DNA from: Thermoanaerobaculia bacterium
GTDB taxonomy: Bacteria > Acidobacteriota > Thermoanaerobaculia > Multivoradales > UBA5704
Assembly (NCBI GenBank): GCA_044226625.1
Contig: JBGAGQ010000109.1
Span: forward strand, 1-13,302
Direction: 5' to 3'
DNA: 13,302 nucleotides
The translations under genes and the position numbers were made by a program. The notes under the pieces are model-generated. The model was not told the origin of the DNA and did not search any database. It worked only from the letters and a program-made list of their open reading frames with translations. Positions 1 to 6,938 of the stretch are shown one piece after another (position 1 is the first letter of the stretch; every line of letters starts with the position of its first letter).

Positions 1-13
1 AGCGAAAAGCGGC

Positions 14-22
14 TGTTACAAT
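14..22 (+). promoter_or_regulatory. Extended -10 promoter element (TGnTACAAT)
   Basis: TGTTACAAT upstream of the PLP enzyme gene; near-identical context (CTGTTAsAATCsGCC) recurs at 4301-4315. Confidence 0.6.
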
Positions 23-60
23 CCGCCGCGATCCTCGGGAGATTGCGACGACTGAGAGGC

Positions 61-1260
61 ATGGCGGAGAATCTTGTCCGCGAAAAAGGGGAAAGCTTGA
101 AAGGTGATCCTTCGAAGCTGGGCTTTGCGACCCGAGCGATTCACGCCGGGCAGCCGTTCGACCCGACGACCGGAGCGGTCACGGTTCCGATTTATCAGAC
201 GTCGACTTACTCCCAGGCGGGTCTGGGCGAAAACACCGGCTTCGAATATGGACGCACCCACAATCCCACTCGGTTCGCCCTCGAAGATCTGGTGGCCTCA
301 TTGGAAGGCGGCGCCGACGCCCACGCCTTCGCGTCCGGCATGGCGGCGATCTCGTGCCTGATGACGATCCTCAAGGCTGGCGACCACGTCGTGGTCTCGC
401 AGAACGTCTATGGCGGGACGTTCCGGTACTTCACCAGGATCCTCGAGAAGTTCGGTTTGACCTTTAGCTGGATCGACCCGACGCGCATCGAGAAGGTCGA
501 GGCGGCGATCACGCCGGCAACCCGGATGATCTACCTCGAGTCCCCCTCCAATCCCTTGATGGAGATCACCGACATCGCGGCCGTGGCGGAGGTCGCCCAT
601 GCCCACGACGCCAAGGTCGCCGTGGACAATACGTTTCTGTCGCCCTACCTCCAGCTACCGCTGGCCCTGGGCGCCGACTTCGTGGTCCACTCGACCACCA
701 AGTTCCTCAACGGCCACAGCGACTCGATCAGCGGCGTGCTGATCTCGAAAACGCCCGAGGACGGCGAGTGGTTCACCCTCGCCCAAAAATCCGCCGGCGG
801 CATCCTCGCGCCGTTCGAGTGTTTTCTCGTGATGCGGGGGATCAAAACCCTGCCCGTCCGGATGGAACGCCATGAGGCGAACACGAAGCGCATCGTGGAG
901 TTCTTGGGCGGCCATCCGAAGGTGCGGAACATCCTCTACCCAGGCTTGCCGAGCCATCCGGGGTATGAGGTTCAGAAGCGGCAGGCGCGAGGCTTCGGCT
1001 CGATGATCTCGATCGAGGTGGGCAGTTATCAAAACGCCAAGGCGATGCTCGATCGAGTGCATCTTTGGGCGCTCGCCGAGAGTCTCGGTGGCGTCGAGAG
1101 CTTGATCAGCCATCCGGCGTCCATGACCCATGCCTCGATTCCCCTCGAGCGGCGTAACGCGCTCGGTATCACCGAGGGGCTCGTCCGGCTTTCGGTCGGA
1201 ATCGAGGAGGTCGCGGACCTCGAGGCGGACCTGGGCCAAGCGCTCGACGCAATCCCCTGA
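61..1260 (+). CDS. Cystathionine gamma-lyase/gamma-synthase family PLP enzyme (Cys/Met metabolism)
   Basis: Motifs FATRAIHAG, PIYQTST, EYGRTHNPTR, FASGMAA, VDNTF, PLP lysine in HSTTKFLNGHSD, ESLGGVESL, LVRLSVGIE. Start is ATG 61 or TTG 97 (after AAAGGGG). Cannot distinguish metB/metC/mccB from sequence alone. Confidence 0.93.
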   Translation: MAENLVREKGESLKGDPSKLGFATRAIHAGQPFDPTTGAVTVPIYQTSTYSQAGLGENTGFEYGRTHNPTRFALEDLVASLEGGADAHAFASGMAAISCLMTILKAGDHVVVSQNVYGGTFRYFTRILEKFGLTFSWIDPTRIEKVEAAITPATRMIYLESPSNPLMEITDIAAVAEVAHAHDAKVAVDNTFLSPYLQLPLALGADFVVHSTTKFLNGHSDSISGVLISKTPEDGEWFTLAQKSAGGILAPFECFLVMRGIKTLPVRMERHEANTKRIVEFLGGHPKVRNILYPGLPSHPGYEVQKRQARGFGSMISIEVGSYQNAKAMLDRVHLWALAESLGGVESLISHPASMTHASIPLERRNALGITEGLVRLSVGIEEVADLEADLGQALDAIP

Positions 1261-1265
1261 GGCAA

Positions 1266-1295
1266 AGCCGCGCACGAGTTTCCTCGCGCGCGGTT
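1266..1295. terminator. Hairpin between convergent genes, probable intrinsic terminator
   Basis: Minus strand AACCGCGCGCGAG-GAAA-CTCGTGCGCGGCT followed by TTG; about 13-bp stem with GNRA loop. Confidence 0.6.
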
Positions 1296-1301
1296 CGGAC
1301 C

Positions 1302-1925
1302 TTATTTCCAAGCTCCGGTCGACGCCTCATAAGTCAGGACGCGGACCCTGCCGCTCCGGCCGAGCACGCGAATCGCCGCGAGACCACGGCGACCGTCCGT
1401 GAGATAGAGCGAGCCGGGTGTCGCGCCACCCAGCGGATCGAAGGAAGCGAGATCCGAGTCGTTGAACCGGATCGGATCGTCGAGGCGGTCGAGGCGATGG
1501 CTCGGGTCTCCCGGATCGGTTGGGCTGAGGCCGGGAGGAAAGCCGAAGCGGAGGCCGAAACCTAGGCCGCCGAGCCTGCGCGGAGGAGTGACCCTCGGAT
1601 CGACGCCGGCGCGAATGTCCGCGTTGCGGACACCGTTGCCGTTGCCATCACGAAATAGGGAGAAGGCGACTCCGCCGCCCTGTTCGGCGCTGAACAACAC
1701 CGCGACGTTCGAAGAATGCCGAATGGCGAAGGACTGCGCGAGGCGGAGGGCCCCGACCAGCTCGGACGCGGCCTGGCGCAGTCGGAGCGCTCCGATCGCG
1801 CGGTCGAGCGGGTTCGCCGACAACGCGCCGAGCAGGACGATGAGGGAAAGGACGACGAGCAGCTCGATCAGGGTGTAGCCGTTTGCGAGAGCTCGCCGCG
1901 AAAGGTGTTGGAAACGAAGGAGCAT
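1302..1925 (-). CDS. FimT/GspH-like minor (pseudo)pilin with prepilin cleavage/methylation site
   Basis: Basic leader then G|YTLIELLVVLSLIVLLGALSA (E at +5), AASELVGALRLAQSFAIR helix typical of GspH/FimT, C-terminal GRVR. Confidence 0.85.
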   Translation of the reverse strand: MLLRFQHLSRRALANGYTLIELLVVLSLIVLLGALSANPLDRAIGALRLRQAASELVGALRLAQSFAIRHSSNVAVLFSAEQGGGVAFSLFRDGNGNGVRNADIRAGVDPRVTPPRRLGGLGFGLRFGFPPGLSPTDPGDPSHRLDRLDDPIRFNDSDLASFDPLGGATPGSLYLTDGRRGLAAIRVLGRSGRVRVLTYEASTGAWK

Positions 1926-1947
1926 GTCGCACCCGACCGGGAAGGAA

Positions 1948-1975
1948 CCGCGCCGGGGAGCCCCACCCGGCGCGG
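1948..1975 (-). terminator. Perfect 10-bp GC hairpin between comEA and fimT-like gene; possible weak terminator or processing signal
   Basis: CCGCGCCGGG-N8-CCCGGCGCGG, followed on the minus strand by TTCCTTCCC. Confidence 0.45.
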
Positions 1976-1984
1976 AGATCCCGT

Positions 1985-2344
1985 TCAGCGGCTCCCGCCC
2001 TTTTCGGCCCGCGGGCTCTTCACTTTCTCCTTGAGCGTGGTCTCTCCGCTGATCGCGAGATAGGGCCGAATCAGGGCGAAGGTCTTCTCGCCGATTCCCT
2101 TGACCAGCATCAGGTCCTCGACTTTCTTGAACGCCCCGTTCGCCTTCCGATGCTCGACGATCCGCTGCGCGACCGAAGGTCCGACACGGGGAAGGAGCGC
2201 GAGTTGGGAGGCCTCCGCGGTATTGAGGTTGACCACCTTCGCGGCGGGTGCCGGGGCGGCGCCGGCCGGCGCAAACGACACGCCGAGGAATGCGAAGAGG
2301 GTGAGGAGCGAGGTGACGGTGGTGAAAGCGCGGCTCAGTTTCAT
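1985..2344 (-). CDS. comEA: ComEA-family helix-hairpin-helix DNA-binding protein with signal peptide
   Basis: ATG 2344 preceded by AAAGGA SD; hydrophobic signal peptide; VNLNTA...LPRVGPSVAQRIVEHRKANGAFKKVEDLMLVKGIGEKTF (HHH_3 pattern). The ORF-track start at 2569 is too far upstream. Confidence 0.92.
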   Translation of the reverse strand: MKLSRAFTTVTSLLTLFAFLGVSFAPAGAAPAPAAKVVNLNTAEASQLALLPRVGPSVAQRIVEHRKANGAFKKVEDLMLVKGIGEKTFALIRPYLAISGETTLKEKVKSPRAEKGGSR

Positions 2345-2536
2345 GGAAGCGTTCCTTTCGTCTCGCAAGACGGTTGGGGTGAAGCGGTGCGGCAAGCGGT
2401 CCGGCAGGACCGCGGTTTGGCGTTTTCGTTCGAGGGGGGCGCCTTGCACCCCCTCGGCCCTTCGCTTGGCTTTTGTCTTTCCCGTAAGAGCGGCTCGCGC
2501 CACCTCCCCTCCGGTTCGAGTTCGAGCGGCAGATAG

Positions 2537-2553
2537 ATCAAGCGCGCTGCCAG
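2537..2553 (-). promoter_or_regulatory. Candidate sigma54 (-24/-12) promoter for comEA-fimT
   Basis: Minus strand CTGGCAGCGCGCTTGAT vs consensus YTGGCACGNNNNTTGCW; correct GG-N10-G spacing, but -12 is GA instead of GC. Confidence 0.5.
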
Positions 2554-2568
2554 CGGGGTGGCAGGACA

Positions 2569-2581
2569 CAAACCATTGAAA
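2569..2581 (-). promoter_or_regulatory. Candidate IHF binding site
   Basis: TTTCAATGGTTTG, one mismatch to WATCAANNNNTTR, at about -43 to -55 of the putative sigma54 start. Confidence 0.5.
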
Positions 2582-2692
2582 AAGCGAGGGTTAGGTCAGA
2601 AACGCGGGAAGGGGAGGAGGCCCTGCGGTCAAAGGTTCTGGCGCGCGGATCGATCGGCGCGAGCCCGATTCATTCGGCGAGCGCTCGCGCGG

Positions 2693-2737
2693 CGGGGGGC
2701 AAAAGATCTGGACGGAGGCGCGATCTCTTGCCCCCCG
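2693..2737. repeat. 16-bp inverted repeat (1 mismatch, 13-nt spacer) in the divergent comEA/lepB intergenic region
   Basis: CGGGGGGCAAAAGATC-N13-GATCTCTTGCCCCCCG. Confidence 0.75.
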
Positions 2738-2787
2738 GAGGGTTCCTGCGCTCTTCCCTTCCCATAGCCGCGGGGAAACGATTCGAG

Positions 2788-2793
2788 TAGATT
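2788..2793 (+). promoter_or_regulatory. Candidate -10 element for a leaderless or near-leaderless lepB transcript
   Basis: TAGATT ends 8 nt before ATG 2802; no SD in between. Confidence 0.4.
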
Positions 2794-2801
2794 AGGCCGC
2801 C

Positions 2802-3548
2802 ATGTCGAAGAGCCCGAAACTCGAGGAAGCGACGAGCGCCGCAGTAGACAAGCCGCCCGCGAAATCCGTCTTCCGTGAATACGCCGAAGCGTTCGTAATC
2901 GCCGCGATCTTCCTGCGCTTCGCGAACACCTTCGTGGTCCAAACCTTCTACATACCGAGCGGCTCGATGGAAAACACGCTGCTCGTGGGCGACCACCTGT
3001 TCGTCAACCGGTTCATTTACGGTCCGCCCACCCCGCTGCTCGGCAAGATCCTGCCGGGGCGTGAGATCCACCGCGGCGACATCGTGGTCTTCCGTTCGCC
3101 GCAGGACCCAAAGCTCGACCTAGTCAAACGCTGCATCGGGGTCGCCGGTGACACGATCGACGTCCGGCAGAAGCAGCTCTACGTCAACGGCCTGGCGGTC
3201 GGCGACGCGAGCTATGCGATCCACTCGGATCCGAACCTGTATCCGGACGAGCCATGGGTCGACAACGACGGGCGGGTTCGCGACAACTTCGGTCCGTTCA
3301 CCGTGCCCGAGGGCAACTACTTCTGCATGGGCGACAACCGGGACCGGTCATTCGATTCCCGTTTCTGGGGCCCTCTGCCGGCCTACATGGTGAAAGGGCG
3401 CGCCTCGACGATCTATTGGTCCTACGGCGGTGAGACCTCCGACGGGCAATTCCACGGTTGGGGCCCAAAGCTGCGTCAGATCGCCCAGACCGCGCTCGGC
3501 TTCTTCGGCAGGACGCGATGGAGCCGCACCTTCCACATGCCCCGCTGA
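2802..3548 (+). CDS. lepB: Signal peptidase I (copy 1)
   Basis: One N-terminal TM segment; IPSGSMENTLLVGD (catalytic Ser), RGDIVVF, LVKRCIG (catalytic Lys), GDNRDRSFDSRFWG. Confidence 0.96.
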   Translation: MSKSPKLEEATSAAVDKPPAKSVFREYAEAFVIAAIFLRFANTFVVQTFYIPSGSMENTLLVGDHLFVNRFIYGPPTPLLGKILPGREIHRGDIVVFRSPQDPKLDLVKRCIGVAGDTIDVRQKQLYVNGLAVGDASYAIHSDPNLYPDEPWVDNDGRVRDNFGPFTVPEGNYFCMGDNRDRSFDSRFWGPLPAYMVKGRASTIYWSYGGETSDGQFHGWGPKLRQIAQTALGFFGRTRWSRTFHMPR

Positions 3549-3571
3549 CGGCCCTTTGACGTCCTTCGGCG

Positions 3572-4264
3572 ATGGCCGCTAGAAGCGTCGGACGGGAGTA
3601 TCTCGAAGCGTTATTGGTCGCTTTCGTCTTCGCGACGTTCGCCCGGACGTTCCTCTTCCAGGCATTCGAGATCCCGACCGGGTCGATGGAGAAGAATCTC
3701 CTGGTCGGCGATCACATCCTGGTCAACAAGTTCGTCTTCGGCCCGACGGCGTTCGAGCTCGAGCGGCGCCTCCTGCCGCAACGTCCGGTCGAACGCGGCG
3801 ACGTGGTCGTTTTCCGCTACCCCCGCGACCCGTCACAAGACTTCATCAAGCGGTGCGTTGGTGTCGCCGGTGACCGCGTCGAGATCGTCCACCGGGAGCT
3901 CGTGGTCAACGAGAAACCGGTCGCCGACGGGTCTTACACCTACCATTTCGGCGGCGAGCCCGGCTCGGACCCGATCGGCTGGTATGAGGTGCGGCCGCGC
4001 GACAATTTCGGCCCGTTCGAGGTCCCGCCGAATCATCTGTTCTGCCTTGGCGACAACCGGGACAATTCCCACGACTCCCGGTACTGGGGTCCAGTCCCGG
4101 GCGAGTTGCTCAAGGGCCGGGCTCTCCTGATTTACTGGTCAGTCGCCTCGGCCGAACCCGATCTCGAGGCGCCGCCGCGCGGATGGGTCGACCGCTCTTG
4201 GCGATGGCTTTCGCGTTTGGTCCGAAAGACCCGGTGGCAAAGGACCTTCGAGCTGGTCCGCTGA
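3572..4264 (+). CDS. lepB: Signal peptidase I (copy 2)
   Basis: IPTGSMEKNLLVGD, RGDVVVF, FIKRCVG, GDNRDNSHDSRYWG. Confidence 0.96.
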   Translation: MAARSVGREYLEALLVAFVFATFARTFLFQAFEIPTGSMEKNLLVGDHILVNKFVFGPTAFELERRLLPQRPVERGDVVVFRYPRDPSQDFIKRCVGVAGDRVEIVHRELVVNEKPVADGSYTYHFGGEPGSDPIGWYEVRPRDNFGPFEVPPNHLFCLGDNRDNSHDSRYWGPVPGELLKGRALLIYWSVASAEPDLEAPPRGWVDRSWRWLSRLVRKTRWQRTFELVR

Positions 4265-4301
4265 CCTTCGGCGGGGAGCCCGACGAGCCCGCGGCGGAGC
4301 C

Positions 4302-4310
4302 TGTTAGAAT
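4302..4310 (+). promoter_or_regulatory. Extended -10 promoter element (TGnTAGAAT)
   Basis: TGTTAGAAT about 60 nt upstream of the ATG at 4371. Confidence 0.55.
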
Positions 4311-4370
4311 CGGCCAAAGACCCAAGGTGCGATCCGCGGTCGTGTGGCTTTCGCGGGACAGGAGGTTTGG

Positions 4371-4739
4371 ATGGTTCGACGGCAAGGCGAACGGGGCGAG
4401 GGTAACTTGGGGTGCATTCTCTGGGCCGTGCTTCTCGCGCTTGCGGCCCTCATTGCGTGGAAGACCATTCCCGTCAAGATGAGCAGCTCGGAGATGTACG
4501 ACTTCATGGAGGAGCAGGCAAAGTTCGCCGCTCAAACTCCGGACGAGGAGATCAAGAAACAGATCCTGGTGCGCGCCAACCAGCTCGGCATCGAGCTGGA
4601 CAAGGACCATCTATCGGTGGAGCGACTCGGCGATCGAATCCGCATGAAGGCGGACTACCAGATCCCGATCGAGTTCCCGGGCTACACCTACGTGTGGAAG
4701 TTCCATCACGAGGTGGATCGTCCGATCTTCATCTTCTAG
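4371..4739 (+). CDS. Small single-pass membrane protein, DUF4845-like with pilin-like N-terminus
   Basis: AGGAGG SD at 4360-4365; RRQGERG followed by a hydrophobic helix and KTIP; position downstream of lepB matches the DUF4845 context known in Proteobacteria; family call is by recall, not a search. Confidence 0.65.
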   Translation: MVRRQGERGEGNLGCILWAVLLALAALIAWKTIPVKMSSSEMYDFMEEQAKFAAQTPDEEIKKQILVRANQLGIELDKDHLSVERLGDRIRMKADYQIPIEFPGYTYVWKFHHEVDRPIFIF

Positions 4740-4748
4740 CGGGGGGCA

Positions 4749-4779
4749 CGGTCCGGGGCGCGCTTCCGCCTCCGGACCG
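4749..4779 (+). other. Strong GC hairpin in the short intergenic gap
   Basis: CGGTCCGGGGCG-CGCTTC-CGCCTCCGGACCG, 12 bp with one bulge, no U-tract. Confidence 0.55.
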
Positions 4780-4785
4780 CTGCAC

Positions 4786-6522
4786 GTGGCACGGCTACGC
4801 GCCTTCGCCGTCTCGGCGCTGCCGGGTTTCCTGCTCGGCAGCCACGTCGCCGGGCTCCTCTTCTTCCTGAACCCCCGCATCCGCTTCGCTCCGTTCGGGG
4901 TCGGGCGGGCGATGCTCCTGTACGGCGCATTGCTTGGCGCCGTCGGAGCCGCCGGCACCCTCCTTCTTCTCGGGCGTCGGCCCGAACGGGCCGTCCGTTG
5001 GCTGCCCTGGACCCTCACGCTGGCGCTTTTCCTCGGCGCGGTCCTCGACGCGGCACACGCCTCCTTTTATGCCTACTTCCTGCCTCCGGGTATCAACGTG
5101 CGGCTGCTCAAAACCGCGCTTTGGCTGGCGCTCGGCGGTCTGATCGCCTTCTACACGGCGTTGCTACACACGCTGGACAAGCGGACCTATGGGTGGCGCA
5201 GCCGCCTCGCCCTCGGGGGGATTGTGATCCTCTCGCTGGTCGCGGCGGTGGAACGGCGCGAGTCCTTTCGGAGCCCGATCGAAGCAAACAGGCGGCCGCC
5301 TGGGGTCGAGCGGTCCGATCATCAGGAGCTGTGGGTGATCGGGATCGACAGCGCGACGCTGGACGCGATCCTTCCGCTCGCCGGTCAGGGCCGGCTCCCC
5401 GCATTCTCCGCCCTTCTGCGCGAGGGGGCGTATGGTCGGCTCGAGACGCTCGGCCTCAATCGGCGACCGGCGCTTTGGGCCACGCTCGCTACCGGCAAAT
5501 ACCCTTGGAAGAGCGGCGTGACCGGAGAAGCCGATCACTCCGGGGGGATCGCGGTGCCGGGGGCGGAGCTCAACCTCCTTCCGCGAGGCATCGGGTTTCG
5601 CCTCTGGGGGATGCTCGGACCGGACCCGACCCCCGGTTTGCCGCGACGACACGCGCTCGGGCTCTGGGAGATTTTCTCACGCCTGGGCCTGCCGGCCGCC
5701 ACCGTCTCCTGGCCGGCGACGTGGCCTCCGTTGCCCGGAGCCGGAGCCGTCGTTTCCGAGCGCTTTTTTCGTGCGCCTCCCGCGCTCGGCGAAGCCCAAC
5801 CTCCGCCCTTCGCGCTCCTCGTACAGAGCCTCGCGGTACGGAACGCCGACCTCGATCCCGACGCCCTCGAGGTGCTCGGTAAGAAGCCCTCGAAGGCCGC
5901 TCAGTCGGCCCTCGCGGGCGACCTCTGGCGCGAGCAGGTCGCCCTGGCCCTTGCGAGCGAGAGCTCGTCGGCCGGCCGGCCGAACCTTCGCTTCGTCGTC
6001 CTTCCCGGGCTCGCCACCATCTCCGCCGAGGATTTCGGCGGGTTCTACGTCGCGCAGTTCGGTGGCTCGCCAACCGGTCGGGCTCAGGACTCCGCCCGTC
6101 GGGTTGCCTCGTATTACGAGCACCTCGACGGTTTCCTCGGCCGGCTGCTCGAGCATCGGGGAGATGCGTTGATCGCGATCGTTTCGGCTCAGGGGGCCGC
6201 GCCGATCGGCTGGTGGGAACGGCTGGCCGGCGGCGGATCGCTCGCCGGCTCGTTCGAGGGCGCTCCGGACGGCACGTTCATCCTGGCCGGTCCCGGGGTT
6301 CGGGCGGGAGCGCTGCTCGCCAGTCCCCGGCTGGTCGACGTCGCGCCCACGTTGCTGCATGCCCTCGGGCTCCCGGTGGCGCGCGACCTCGACGGCCGCG
6401 TTCTCACCGGAGCTTTCGAGGCGTCGTTCTTAGCAAGGCGACCGCTTTCGTTTTTCCCTTCGTACGAGGGGTTGGCGCCCGCGGGGGCGGAGCAGAAGCC
6501 ACCCGGCCGGGCGCCTCGCTAA
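4786..6522 (+). CDS. Membrane protein with alkaline phosphatase superfamily (type I phosphodiesterase/NPP-like) domain, active site degenerate
   Basis: About 5 N-terminal hydrophobic segments; VIGIDSAT, GRLPAFSALLREGAYGRL, WATLATGKYP, YYEHLDGFLGRLL, DVAPTLLHALGLPVARDLDGRVL; GTG start uncertain. Confidence 0.8.
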   Translation: MARLRAFAVSALPGFLLGSHVAGLLFFLNPRIRFAPFGVGRAMLLYGALLGAVGAAGTLLLLGRRPERAVRWLPWTLTLALFLGAVLDAAHASFYAYFLPPGINVRLLKTALWLALGGLIAFYTALLHTLDKRTYGWRSRLALGGIVILSLVAAVERRESFRSPIEANRRPPGVERSDHQELWVIGIDSATLDAILPLAGQGRLPAFSALLREGAYGRLETLGLNRRPALWATLATGKYPWKSGVTGEADHSGGIAVPGAELNLLPRGIGFRLWGMLGPDPTPGLPRRHALGLWEIFSRLGLPAATVSWPATWPPLPGAGAVVSERFFRAPPALGEAQPPPFALLVQSLAVRNADLDPDALEVLGKKPSKAAQSALAGDLWREQVALALASESSSAGRPNLRFVVLPGLATISAEDFGGFYVAQFGGSPTGRAQDSARRVASYYEHLDGFLGRLLEHRGDALIAIVSAQGAAPIGWWERLAGGGSLAGSFEGAPDGTFILAGPGVRAGALLASPRLVDVAPTLLHALGLPVARDLDGRVLTGAFEASFLARRPLSFFPSYEGLAPAGAEQKPPGRAPR

Positions 6523-6938
6523 TCGGGCTTGGCGGCAGCCGTGCCCTTCGCGGTGTCCTTCCGTGCGGCGGGGCTCGCCGGTTGCGCCGGCGCCGCCGGT
6601 GCCATGGCGCAACGCCCTTCGAACAGCGCGCCGTCCTCGACGATGAGGGCCGGCGTTTCGAGATCGGCGAACACCTTGCCGGTCGGCGTGATCTGGACGC
6701 GTCGGCCGGCGCGGATGGTGCCTCGGACCACGCCCGAGACGAAGACCTGGCCGACCTCGATCTCTCCCTCCACTTCACCCCCGTCGCCCACCACCAGATC
6801 GCCCTTGGAGCGGACGATGCCGGTGAGCTTGCCGTCGACCCGGAAGGTCGTTTCGAAGCGAAGCTCGCCGTCGATGTGACTCCCGGTGTCCAGGAAGCCG
6901 TTCAAATCGCTCTGCTTGCCCTCGTTCTTGAAGATCAT
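6519..6938 (-). CDS. Bactofilin (polymer-forming cytoskeletal protein, CcmA family)
   Basis: FLDTGSHIDGELRFETTFRVDGKLTG...VEGEIEV...VSGVVRGTI...LIVEDGALFEGRCAM beta-helix pattern. Confidence 0.93.
   Translation of the reverse strand: MIFKNEGKQSDLNGFLDTGSHIDGELRFETTFRVDGKLTGIVRSKGDLVVGDGGEVEGEIEVGQVFVSGVVRGTIRAGRRVQITPTGKVFADLETPALIVEDGALFEGRCAMAPAAPAQPASPAARKDTAKGTAAAKPD

Noticed and set aside
2345-2600. c-di-GMP or other known riboswitch upstream of comEA
   Set aside because: No consensus aptamer features (e.g. GGCAAAC...GACGCAAAG) recognised by eye.
6519-6522. Overlapping stop codons of convergent genes
   Set aside because: Real (CTAA) but a common compact-genome arrangement.
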